From the human T2T-CHM13v2.0 reference genome, Homo sapiens: a DNA stretch of 64,000 nucleotides. Shown piece by piece: positions 51,655-64,000 of the stretch. Where the stretch lies: assembly GCF_009914755.1 (NCBI RefSeq), contig NC_060933.1; one strand, written 5' to 3'. The position numbers and the translations under genes are program-made. Under the pieces are notes generated by a model. That model ran no database searches and was not told the DNA's origin. It saw only the letters and a program-made list of their open reading frames with translations. The first letter of the stretch is position 1; each line of letters begins with the position of its first letter.

Positions 51655-52441
51655 TGAAAATTATTTCTAAGAAAAATAGAGGCTTTCAATGAACATTTCC
51701 ATATTTTGAAAAGAACTGTTTTTTTTTTCTTTTGTTTTGGTATGGCTTATTTGATATCTTTTCCTTAAAACGGACTTATGTTTAAAGTGGTTTTCTTTGA
51801 TTATTCATTTAAGAAATATGTATTGAATGGCCATCTACTATGTCCTAGGAATTGGGCTGGGCTGTGACTACCCAGTGCTAAATAAGATTGGTAGGGTTCC
51901 TGCCTTCTGGGAATTTGAATGTTGGAGAGGAATGATAGAGAGAACCAGGGGTGAAGGGTAAAGTGTCATGCAATTAACGATGGGGAAGCATGGAAGGTGA
52001 CAGCAAGGCATTAAGTGAAGCCAGCAGAGTCAGGAAGACTTCTCTGAGGAGGTGACATTGAAATGGAAATCAGAACAATGATAGGAGTTAATCAGGCAAA
52101 AGAGTGTGACAGGAGTATCCTAGGCAGAAGGAAAATTATCTGCAAGCTTCTGGTGGCTAGGCAGAGCATGGAAGATTGGAGGAACTGGAAGGAGTGCAAT
52201 GTGATTTGATCATAGAGCACAAGGAGGTGGGGCTGAGCACAAAACTAGAGAGACATTCAGGAGATAGATAGGGAGAGACCTGGTGGAAAGAGCTTAGAGT
52301 TTAGGAAGGCTATGTTCATAGTGACTGGAGCGTGGAATGTGGAGTTAGGCAAACTTGGTCTTAAATCCCAACTCTACCGTCCATTGACTGTGACATTGGC
52401 CATGCTCCTCAACATCGCAGACTCTCAATGTCCTTATATAA

Positions 52442-52754
<313 letters not shown>

Positions 52755-55153
52755 CAATGATGCCTATTTCGTTGGATTGCTTTGAAGATTAAATAAGTGA
52801 GTGCAGGAAAAGTCATAACATGTAAGAGCTTGATAAATGGTTATTATCACTATCAATTCCAAGAACAATCGGGAGATGCTATTGCTGTCTGGAGATGGGA
52901 TTTATAAGGAGTAAGACTGGAGGCAGTGCTGTGAGTTAGGAGGTATTGAGAGTGGTGGCTGGAACTAGGAAACTGGAGGAATTAGTTGGGTGTTAATTGA
53001 GTAGGAAGTGAGAAGAAGGATATTCAGAGACTGAGATAGTCCTTGAGATTTGGAATGTAGGAATAGTGTTAAGTTCAGGATGAGTATGGTGGGGTTGGTT
53101 TGTACGTAATGGTGAGGTCAGTTTGTACATGTTGTTATTATATTCATGAGGAATCAGTTGCAGAGAACAGACTTCGCGTTAGCTTGTTTGGCAGGAAGGG
53201 GTTTATCACAGGGTGTTAAATGGCTTGTAGAATTGTCAGGAGGTCTGAGGAAACAGAATCGAGATTGAGCTTTCAGGAGAAACCTATAATGCGACTCCTA
53301 GGAACTGGGCTGCTATAGTAGCTGCTGTCTCTTCAATAATCTTGCAATCAGGAAGCCTGCCCCTCTAGAACCACAAAACTGCTGCCGCGAACAGGAAACC
53401 ACTACAATCAGGAAGCCGCTACTGCTGCCGGGCTCCAGAACCAGTGCACATCTGCAACAGACTACATCAGCAGAACGGATGCTTCTCCCCCACCACCTAG
53501 GCTCACCCCAACTACTAAGCTCGTATTTGAACATGAAAACCTCTGCAAACGAAGCTGCAGAAAAACCAAACACCTCCACAGCTGTCCTTGCTAGCTGGAT
53601 GGACAAACATTCCAAAATTCTGTCCATTTCAGACTAAATAATACTAGAGCCTGAGCTGCAAAAGAATAAGGAAAGTATATTTTTAGCATTCCAACATGTG
53701 GAGCAGGAGAAGGCACACTAGAATAGTATTTTGGAAATGTGGGTTGTGACTTAAGAGAGCATCATAAAATCAATTCAGGTCTTCACAGTAAGTTATTTTT
53801 TTTTTTTTTTTTTTCTTAGTCCTCGTTGGCAACATGACATTTCTTCTTCTGGGTCATGGTAGAAAAAAAACCTGGAAAGTCATTATACTATACATTGAGT
53901 GACAATCTTCCATCGCAGAGTTTCAGGGGAGAATTGTGAGAAGAGCCCATGAGGAATACAGACATTTGATCTTGGGGGAGAAATCTTCTGGAGCTGTGCT
54001 TGTCCTTCATGCTTTCTGGTGTTTGTTTACTCTCCAGGAAGAGAGCTAGATCCAGGGAAGCCCCAGAGTGCATTGAAAGGCATGTTTCAAACCTATGCTA
54101 ATGAGGGCTGATTTCGCAGTGGCTTGGCAGAGCTGTAGCACATACCATGTTGGATTGTAAACTGACCTGGCACTCACTGGCACTTGGGATATGTGTGTTG
54201 AATGAATGTACAGAGCAGAGAAGTACTTAGAAAGTATGGAAGGAGCCATTCAGATTCCAGAGACTAAGCTCCAGGTCATGAGCTCTGATCACAGAGGTGT
54301 CTAAACCCTCGCTAGCCGTGGTTAACTCAGTGTCTTTGTGACACCATTTATAATTTTCCAAGAGTATTTTTGCTGTATAGAAAAATGGCAACTAGGGGTG
54401 GGAGGTGTGCAAGAAGAAGATGTGCTTATTGTAGCTTTGTGTGTAACAGCAAAAACCTAAAAGCAAATTAAATGTTCTTGCATAGAAGAATGGACAAACT
54501 ATGGTATATTCAAACAATTAAATATATAGTAGTTACTCTACAATAACTCTACTATCTAATTCCTTCTCAGAATCTCCAGTCACATAAAGGATGGCTCAGA
54601 GAATAGCCTAGTGCCCTAAGAGGTTTTGATGTGGACAAGAACTAAAAGGAGGAAGTGCTGAGGGAAGCTGGCAGAATCTGTCAGACAAGGGAGCCTCCCA
54701 CAATTCCAGGAATACCACTTATTCTGGGATGGAAGGGACAAACCCTTAAATTAAGAGGATGGAGAAGTCAGCCTGTATCATCTCTAGAACACTCCTGAGA
54801 GATCTGCCAGGCTTGATGGAAGTCCCATTGGTTGGAAGCCCAGCAGGGAGCAGACACTTGCGAAGTCCTCGAGTGTGGTTAGTGAGAGAGCTGGCATTTG
54901 AGCTCAGTCTCATATTCCAATCTCCATTATTTCCCACCAGCCTTGATAGGGCCTCCTATAGCCTTTCTGCAATTCCTCAGGTCACGTCTTTCCAACCTTA
55001 CTTTGGACAGTCCCCACATTTGGAGGTTTCCTCTGCTCTTCCCTGCTCTCGCCCCGGTCACTCTGGGATGGTGATTTGAATGTGAGACACAGGTGGTCTC
55101 TATCCTCTATAGACTCAGTACATGGTCAATATATGATTCAGAAAAGGGTTAGA

Positions 55154-55417
55154 GGCCAGGTGTGGTTGCTCACGCCTGTAATCCTAGCTCTTTGAGAGGC
55201 CATGGTGGGCAGATTGCTTGAGGTCAGGAGTTCGAGATCAGCCTGGCCAACATGGTGAAATCCCGTCTCTACTAAAAACGCAAAAATCAGCTGGGTGTGG
55301 TGGTGCGTGCCTGTAGTCCCAGCTACTCAGGAGGCTGAGGTAGGAGGATCACTTGAACCCAGGAAGGGGAGGCTGCAGTGAGCCAAGATAGCACCACTCC
55401 ACTCCAGTTTGGATGAC
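55154..55417 (+). mobile_element. AluJ-like, 3'-truncated (no A-tail)
   Basis: Alu dimer stopping at ctccagtttggatgac. Confidence 0.88.
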
Positions 55418-55594
55418 TCTACATTGACTTGTTATGTTTTTGTCAGCTCACTTACCATCTTCCTCTACAAGTTCTGCAAGTACACTGAGTGTGTGTGTGT
55501 GTGTGTGGTGGGGAGGTGGGGTTCAGAGGGTAGGAGCAAGGGAAGGAGCTCAAGTTGAGTTTTTACCAAAGAGGCATATGTTTTAGGTAGCCTG

Positions 55595-58380
55595 AGTTCC
55601 CAGTTAGATAAATTATTTATTTTACTTGCATAGATATCATTTTACTCATGGAGTATCATTTGCTCATAACATTCCCAGGGGCTGGTTAACCCTCAAGAGT
55701 AACAGAATTTAGTTTTAAACTCCCTGGGTTGCCTACTCCCTACATATCTATCAGTTGAGTTATTAATGATTATTCTCTTTTTTTGTTTGTTTGGTTACAT
55801 TATTCATTTAAATGATGTACCCCTTGTGTCTTTAGGTGTTGGCTTTCTTAGCATTGCTTGACAGAGACTGAGATTAGAAACCACTCACAGTGCAAAAGTC
55901 AGGTACCTCTGCTCAGAGAACAGTTGGTGAAAAATGAAAATGGAATCTTTCTCGAGTTAGAATGTGAGATGCCAAAAAAATTGCTTAGTTAACACACAGT
56001 TGGGTTGCATATACCTTTTCAAGAATGCATGAGTTGGTTTAAGCAAGATTCATTTTTCCTATGCAGTTAGTGTGTGACTCAAATGCCAGCCATTTCCCTG
56101 TTTTTTTAGCCTTGAGTCTCAAAGTCTGTTTTGTTTTTTACCACAGACCATTTGGCTTGCTGAATTCAACACCTCTTCCAATGCCTGCTTCTCCCAAAGA
56201 ATCTACTCACAGAAAGAGTTAAAGAGAAATGTAGACTTTACTAAATATTTCATAGAGGAGACCTAGGAGGAGGTTGACACAGCACACTGCTCAGCAGATG
56301 ACTTAAAATTTTCCCTTAGCCATTTTTGTTCTCTCAAGTCCCTCTCATCCATACCACCACTGCTGATTTGTTCTTTCTTTTTCTCTTTTAAATCTTTTCT
56401 AGCTTTCCTTCTGACAAACTTTGCTGGAGTCCTACTCCTTTTCTCTCCTTCTTGAGAAAAATGCAAATTTTGCTCCATGTTTTGGTATAGCAGGGAAGCT
56501 TCCATCTTTTTTTACTGAAGCATAACATCAGGGCCTACATTCCATCTCAAACGGCTTGTCAAGGTCCTTCCACAAATAAGATGTTCCTCCAAAGATGATG
56601 TACAGATGCCAAGTTGGATATAGCTAGAGAAATCTCATGGCTACCCCAATCAGGAGAGAGGTTGCTGTTTCTCAGAAGTCCTCCTCCCCACTTCCAGGGT
56701 CATCATTGTCTCTCAACAACTTTGTGGGGATATAAAAACCCTCGCGGAACTGGTTTTCTGAGAGGTGTTTGAAGCAGGAATATATTATGCAGGGGATGGA
56801 GCAGCCATTCCCTGGCTAGATGACCACATCACTGTTGCACACTGATTGTTTGCTAAAGGCACAATGCTTTCCTGACCAGAAATGAAAAATGCCTGCTGCT
56901 CAATTATTGTCAATCTAACTGGAATAGAGTCAGGCCTCGTCAGATGGTTTCCCAAACACCCAGATGGTCTCTTAGATTCTGGATGGTCAGTGTGGTAGTT
57001 CTTTCCATTACATCCTTGAGATCCTGCTGTTCACACCATTCAGCAGGGCACCCTGAACCTTGTCCCCATATTCTGGCTCTGCTGAGATGAGATGCAGTCA
57101 GGTGTTACTAGTGTCTTCAATTATATACTGGGGTAGGGGGGCCTTATTTTGGTTGGAGAGCTTCCAAAATTGTGTCTGGAATCTCAGTTCCCAGGGTCTG
57201 GTCTTCTGAGATGGAAGAGGTTTTGAAGCAATTCAAACCCAGTCCTTTCATTTTCTAGACTTGGATCCTGAGTTCCAGGGAGGGGAAGGTATAGTGAATT
57301 CTTATAATTTTATGTTGCCTTGGCAACCATTTTGTATACAAGTTTAATTTCTCATACCGGAAGCCGGGCTTAGTCACCCTTGATATGGGTTTCTGGTTCT
57401 ATACCACACCTCTGGCCAGAGACAAGAACTTAGAGGCATCTTTCCTGCCTAGCAGACTGGATTCCCCACTTCTCTGTTGCTTCCTTCAGACAGACCATTC
57501 AGGCATTTGCCAGTGAATTGAGAGTGACCACACCCTATTTCTTTACCTACGTTGTTAACTGTCTTGCTGTCTCTGTCTGACTTCTTATTCCTGCCTCATG
57601 TAACCTGGAGAAGGAGGACTGCCCTTCAGACTCATTATGCCCTTTCTGTCCAGGATCTGTAAGTAAAAGTCTTTGAACTTGTTTTCCATTGTGGTGGTGT
57701 ATTAAATTTGTGCTTTCCATCTCAGGAACAGGGGGCTGTCCGAGCCTGGTTTTCCCTGGGGGTTCCTAGGGGTGGGGTCATATGGAGTACAAGATCAGCC
57801 TCCTAGTGCCAGAGTGACAGTCAGACAGGCATAAACTGGGCATGGTTCAGTCACAAGTGTATCTGCCAGTATAGGGAAGTTTCCTGTGTGAGAGAGTCCT
57901 TGATCGCGACTTGGACAACTAAGCATTAGGCCATCTGCAGATAAAAGAAGTATCCCGTGAAGGGCACAGTGTAAACACTCACACCCAGCTCCCCTTCATT
58001 TCCCATTAGGGCAGAGTTGCTAGCTGCTCTGGTACTGAAGCCCCATTTTAACTGGAGGCTCTCAAAACAGAAGAAATAGATCAAGACCATACAGTGAATT
58101 AGTGGTTGGGCTGGGACATCCATTCATCCCTTCTGATTCTGTGTGGGGCTCTGCCCACCACACTACATTGCTTCCCTGCCTGCTATCTGAAAGATACTTC
58201 ACTAAAAACTCTCTTTTTAACCCTGGAGCTGTATCTTTCCAAGAGACAGAAGGAGAAGTATACTATTTAATACCCTGTGTAGTTTGTCTTGGTCTAAAGT
58301 TTTCTTTTTGCCCAAGTGTTTGGAGGGATGAAATACTGTATGGTAGAGAGGCGCTTTCTTCCTGAAGGCCAAGAGAAACT
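55595..58380 (-). other. TNFSF8: TNFSF8 main-isoform 3'UTR (distal end uncertain)
   Basis: Follows the stop at 58381; candidate signals ATTAAA (57348-57343) and AATAAA (55621-55616). Confidence 0.55.
57290..58069 (+). mobile_element. MER54A-like ERVL solo LTR inside the TNFSF8 3'UTR (antisense to the gene)
   Basis: tatagtgaattcttataattttatgttgcc...ggctctcaaaaca; TSD gaagg / gaaga. Confidence 0.85.
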
Positions 58381-58775
58381 TCAGTCTGAATTACTGTATA
58401 AGAAGATGGACAACACATTCTCAAGAGGAAAGGTGCTTGTATCTATGTACTGGAATGTATCCACATTGACTGATATGGTGGTGTTGACCTGCAGGTAATC
58501 CAGCAAGAATTGAGAGAGATTCTGGTATACGTGTTTCGTTTGCATTCCAGACTCACACACTGTCACCAGGGCCTGTTTTTTGATATGCTTGTTGATGAGA
58601 AGCTCCAACTTCAGATCGACAGAATTATTTGGGCATTGTACAAGAAACTGCAGTTGGCAAATGATGAAGTACAAACCAGGGAATTGGATCACCAGATTCC
58701 CATCCTGATATCTGACTCCATGGAGAATGCCATCTTTGTTCCAAGACAACTTGGTTTTGTTTAGATGCTTTGCCA
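58381..58775 (-). CDS. TNFSF8: TNFSF8 (CD30L/CD153) last coding exon, TNF homology domain
   Basis: Acceptor tctctttctag|TGGCAAAG; encodes [44 protein letters not shown]...[10 protein letters not shown], the CD30L C-terminus. Confidence 0.98.
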
Positions 58776-60277
58776 CTAGAAAGAGAAGTATAGAAAACAG
58801 AATTATTGAGAAGATTGTAGGTACGCATTGCAAAATTCTAAGTCTTTATTCAAAGTTTCCCATTCAAGACCCATGTTTTCTGTAATGTTCCAATCATCTG
58901 AATATCTTCCATGTTACTCCCTCTAGAGTCTACTTATTACTCAAGACACAGGTATAAAACCACCCCTCTTCCTTTTCTTCAATGCTGAAAGCTGGAGGTT
59001 CAGAACACACATGGTACTTTACTTCTACCTCCTATAGAATGGTTTTCCACTGAATCATTATCATATTATATTATTCTATGATGAATATGATGATCTTTCC
59101 CTTTTCAGACTATAAGCTCCTGGACTCTGTTCTCCACAAGATTGGAACTATTATGTTCATTTATCATGAATGGTCATTGCAAAAGGTATCAGAGATAGGA
59201 AATTCAATAATATTGAGTTTGATAGGCATTGCAGAAAGTACAAGGTAGGACATTCAATAATATTATTCAGTTAATATCCAATTTAGGTTTGAAGATGTCC
59301 AGGAGAATCGCCATTAATTTTCACATTAAGGTGTATCCTCTAACGGTTCATTGTCTGAATTTTTGAATGCCTTTTTCCCTTCAAAGGGCAGCCAAAAATA
59401 ATTGTGCAGGTTCCCCATGTGCTTATTAAGGGGCTCTTGCCATCTGGGATTTATTGAAAAGCAGAGAATTAGCAGACCCTCTAAGCTGACAAGTTTGTGT
59501 TGGAAGGTGAGTCTCTAAGTCCTAACACGTGAAAATTAGCACTGACTGGTAAGGGTGACTTTCAGGGCCAGGAAGCTGGCATGCTAGTTTTAATTGCTTC
59601 CATGCTTTCCCTTTAAACCTCGTTGCAATTCAACTGAAGAGTGAGAACTAATCTAACTGCAAAATTGAATTTTTAAAATGAGCAGGATGGCTATTCAGAG
59701 AATCTTGGCCATCTCTTTCTCACTCTGCAGTCTAAAGTGCCTCTTATTGCTTCATTTGTAAGGGGCCTCTTACCTGAAGCACACTGCAATATGCAAATCG
59801 GCCCTGTGCTGACATGTTCATTAAGCTGTCAATCTGGGGACAAGGCAATTTTATGGTTCCCTTGTGAATAACTTCATAGAGGCAGAGATTAAGTGCCTGC
59901 CTCCCTTGCATTAGGAAAAGGACTGTGTACTTTGCTGAAACTGGTAGGTAGCTGAATAAGGAGGGGTGAGGGGTGAGGGGTGGGGCTGGTGGTGGCAGTG
60001 GTGGTGGGGACCATGAATGCCCACAGAGGCCAGGTAGGCAACATAAAGGAGTGAATGGGACTGAGGAAAGAGAAGCCTTGTAGCTTTGGAGAATGACGCT
60101 CTCCCCGCTAAGACATTCAAATTCAAATTACAAAAAAATTTCCTGCAGACTAAACAGTACACATCTGCAGGTCACATTTGGCCATGGGACTCTAATTATG
60201 ACTTCTGGCTTAAAAGTTGCTGAAAAGCCACAGAAGCGGTTTTCATATGTTTAGGTTTCCTGGGCTTGGTTACTGAC

Positions 60278-60349
60278 CTTGGAGGTAGGCCCATGACTTC
60301 TTGAATGGAGCTCTTTTCAGGATACATAAGAGGTCTTCTGAGCAATTTC
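60278..60349 (-). CDS. TNFSF8: TNFSF8 exon 3 (72 nt): [24 protein letters not shown]
   Basis: Acceptor cttatttttag|GAAATTGC, donor CCAAG|gtcagt; joins exon 4 in frame (G|TG Val). Exons 1-2 lie beyond the right edge. Confidence 0.96.
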
Positions 60350-62159
60350 CTAAAAATAAGGAGACGATGCATTAAAATGTCTTTTGCCGTTTTGGGATCT
60401 GGAAATACCTGATCTTTTTCTACAACACTTTGATGGAGACAATTACCGTTCTGTTTTCCATTTTCAGAATAAGGAGAAAAGCTCTTTATTTCTCATTTTG
60501 CCATCAGGTATTTTAGGATTTTAATTTTTTAAATTTATTTTTATTGATTGCTTCCACTTGGACTTTTATGGAAGACTGTGGAAATCAGGGAAGGAAACAA
60601 ATATGACATCCATTCCTATAATGTGTCAGGGGCCATTTTTTGGCACTATACGTATTTCATCTCCTTAATCTTTGCAGCAACTCTGTGAGAGGGGTATTAT
60701 TAAGCCCCTTTTACAGATGGGAAAAAAATCTGGGGGCCACGCAGGTGAAATACATTGTTTCGTGGTGCCTTGCCAGGCAGTGGTAGTGAGAATGATAATA
60801 CTGATAGTAAATACTGTCAACTTATCTACCACACACCAGAAACTAGTCTGGGTACTTTTACAGCTGGGTAATATATCAGCTAATCTAGTTCTCAGACTAA
60901 TCCTGCAGGGTTAACTTTGATGCCTAGAGGTGGTCAATACCATCGCCTAAGTTCAGACAAGTTTGTGTAAATGCTGGAATTGCCCATGGCTAATTCCAGA
61001 GGCCAGGTTTCCTGTTCTAGGCTATTTTGCTAGACAACGAAGATAAAAACATCTTGGTGTTCAATTTTAAGAGGACACAGGGTTAAAGAAATCTTAACAG
61101 AAGTCCTGCTATTTGGAGCTTCCTTGGCAGAGGCAAACATAATATTATGTTATTATGGTATTTAAGAAATAAAAATATTTTTCATATATTCACTAGTGAT
61201 GGTGGCTTAGCTTTTTTTTATTACAGTAACTACTTAATATTTTGTATGCAAAGATTCAAGTTATACATTTCCTGCAATGACACTTGAATTCAACTTATTC
61301 AGAGCTAATCTCTTCTTTGATCCTTGGTTTCCCCATGTGTAAAACTGGACAATCTTTGACCTGACATGGACATCTTCTCAAAGATGTCACCAGAGATGAC
61401 CATGTAGTCCATCCATCAGACGGTAGGCAGCCAACGGCCCATTCAATGGAGCAGCCACACCCTGGGATGTTTGCTCACTGCATTGCCGAGTAGTACCTGC
61501 TGGGCTCACAACCTTTCCCATTGCAGTCTCTGCCCAGCCCTGAGAAAGTCCCTCCTGGCCATCCTCATAGCTTCATGGGGGCTTTGGAGTGGTTGAAAGT
61601 TAAATGAAGAGTTCCCTCTGCTGTCTGAACAAGCTCACTGCGAGAGGCACTCCGGGCAGAAGCAGGGGCAGTTTTCCTCCTTATCTGCTGCATCCACATA
61701 GAGCTTCTGGTCCAAAGCTCTCTTGGTGGTGAGAGCCAGTGGGTCAGCTGTCATTCCCTTGGTTTCATCCTCATGCATCCTCTGATCAGTGCTCTGGTCC
61801 TGCCTGTTGCAGCCCACAGCCCACACTCTTGGGGTTTGTAGTCAGAACCCCAACACTAATGGCTGCTTATGCTCCTAATGGACTGTGACTATGGTTAGAG
61901 AGTCCTCCTGGCGTAGCCTCCTACTCTAAGCTGCAGAACATCAAGCCAGGGAGACAGACCTGGCTGTCTGTTTGCATGGAAGCGCTTTCTGACTCCTTTC
62001 GCCTGCAGGATCAGGCCCAAGCTCCTCAGCATGGCTTTCATGGTCCCCATTGTTCTGACTCCTACTGAACTCTCTGGTCTCACCCCTCACCTTCCCTCCT
62101 CCCCTTTCCCTTTATGTTCCAATAGTAATAATAACGAGGAGGAACAGTGATAATAATAT

Positions 62160-62390
62160 GAATGGTCATAACTAATACATGTTGAGTGATAGCCATTTTC
62201 CAGGTACTCTGCTAAGTATGCTACATGCATTATTTCATTTAATTCTCACAATAACACGATAAGAGAGGTACCATAATTAAGTCTATCTTGTACATAAGGA
62301 AATGGACCCTTTTAAAGGTTAACTGACTTGTTCACATTCACACAGGTAGTCAGGGGTGGAGTAGAGATCCAAACTCAGGCTGCCTGACCG
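62160..62390 (-). mobile_element. MIR in TNFSF8 intron 2
   Basis: catgcattatttcatttaattctcacaataac...aaaggttaactgacttg. Confidence 0.7.
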
Positions 62391-63933
62391 CTGCCCGAAT
62401 GGATTCCTGACTGCTGTCCGGGAGTTTGGGGCTTTGCAGTCCCCCTAAACATACCATTTAGGAATGTTGATTTATCATTACACCTTGGCACTTGCTGGGC
62501 TCTCTACCTGGACTGCCTCCTTCACCAGGCAAGTTTTTCCTTGTTTGAAACACAGCCTAGCAGTCAGCTCCTCCAGGATACTTCCTTTGCCTATTTGCCC
62601 ATTCTATCAGACAGTGAACCCTCAGGGCAGAGACTCCTGTTTATAAACCCCCACTGCCCAGTCTAGCAGATGCTCTGTAAATATTTGTTGAATTGAATCA
62701 CCTAGTTCATCTTTCTTGTTTCCCTCTGTGGATACAGAGTAAGTACTTAGGACAACAGTGAGGTGAATCAGGACGCTTGGCTTGCCTTTTGCCTGAGGGC
62801 TAGAATAACACAGGGCCTCATTCTCCCACTGGCTTTGCAGGTCAGGCTAGATTAGATGGGAAGATAAGATTCATGCCTTGGGCTGAGGCCAGCACAAAAC
62901 ATCAAGAACAGGCTCTGCTCATTGGCCGAAAGCCCTCTTACACTGTTCTCCTTACCCCTTATGGCAGGTGAGCCTCTGTAAACAGGTGGCTGGAGAAGTG
63001 CAAGCCCAGGCTTGCCTCTCACACGTTCTGGTTCTTTTGTTGTTTTTTCCCCTTTGGGTTGACCTCAGTTGTAATTCTGAGAAACCCGAGGATGGAAAAA
63101 AAAAACACCTTATTTTGAAACATTTGCATTTCCTGAAGTCAAATGGCATGGTATATTTTAGTTTTTCTTTAAAAATCATTTAGATGGTTTCTAGCTAAAG
63201 GGAAAAACACAGGCAGCCCTTTTAGGAATGATGTTGCCAGAGCTGGTTCAGAAAGGGGCTAAAAGCAGGACACTAGAGGAGCTATTGAGGGAATGGGCTG
63301 TTAAACTTGGAGAAGACCCCAGAGAAGGGCACAGCCTCTGTCCTTTAATGCTTGATGAGGCTGTCGGCACACCGTGGGGCCCAAGCACTAAACCTCCAAG
63401 TGGAAGAGGAAGGAGATGAAGCCCTCAGCTAAGAGCTAACACTGCTCTAATCCCCATTTCTCAGATGCAGCAATGGAAAGACGTACACTAAAAACACCTA
63501 TGTCACACTGTGAGTCACAGTGCTGGCAGCTCACAGAGTTGACCAGTCAGTGCTGCTCAAAAAAGAGGTGGGCTGCTTTGGAGGTCATGAGGCTCTTATC
63601 AAGAGCTAGATGAACATTTCATGGGTCATCAGCCGTGTGGCCTGAGTCTTCTCATCACCCTGTGAGTCTATGATATAACTTTCTTTTTTGGTTATGAAGA
63701 CAGAAAAACGTGACTTATAAATAGTGGCATTACATGCAGCTGAAATTCTGCAATGTCCCTGGAATTCTGAAGGCTGGGAGCAGAGGGAGCAAAAAGTGAT
63801 GCCTGGAGAGGTTTAGTTTGAAGAACAGAGCATCAGAGTGGGGGAAGTGAGAACTGTCTGCAAGTCACGGCTGAGTTGATGACCTGGGAGTTAGAATCCT
63901 GGGATTTCTCCTCTCTGGGCTCTAGTGTCCCTA

Positions 63934-64000
63934 TTAGGTTTGTGCAAAAGTAATTGTGGTTTTGGCATTAAAAGCAATAACAAAAACTGCAATTACTTCT
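63934..64000. mobile_element. MADE1 (cut by the window end) in TNFSF8 intron 2
   Basis: ta|ttaggtttgtgcaaaagtaattgtggttttggc...caaaaactgcaattactt. Confidence 0.88.

Noticed and set aside
58510-58764. 84-aa plus-strand ORF
   Set aside because: Antisense to the TNFSF8 exon with a non-ATG start and no recognisable homology.

Overview
Primate (human or great-ape) genomic DNA, repeat-rich. Right end, minus strand: the 3' part of TNFSF8 (CD30 ligand/CD153). This comprises exon 3 (60278-60349), the last coding exon (58381-58775), a long 3'UTR containing a MER54A solo LTR, and a distal alternative terminal exon (acceptor at 48615) whose poly(A) signal lies in a MER58A transposon. Left end, plus strand: a full-length, disabled processed pseudogene of PRPF4B (PRP4 kinase), nested inside an old L1 and itself interrupted by a younger L1. 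The ~45 kb between them is TE-dominated and, from known gene order, lies between TNFSF15 and TNFSF8. It holds about 12 Alus, a 3'-truncated L1PA7/8-like element with a nested L1PA3, a complete THE1 MaLR element, solo LTRs, a patched L1MA, L2/MIR and DNA transposons. I found no clearly new 'system'. The best leads are hidden TNFSF8 isoform logic (phase-1 exon modules, a cryptic frameshifting exon that would escape NMD, a VEGI-174-like intron-derived N-terminus), in-frame chimeric L1 ORFs, and TE-derived regulatory signals. TE subfamily names come from recalled consensus sequences and boundaries of old repeats are approximate.
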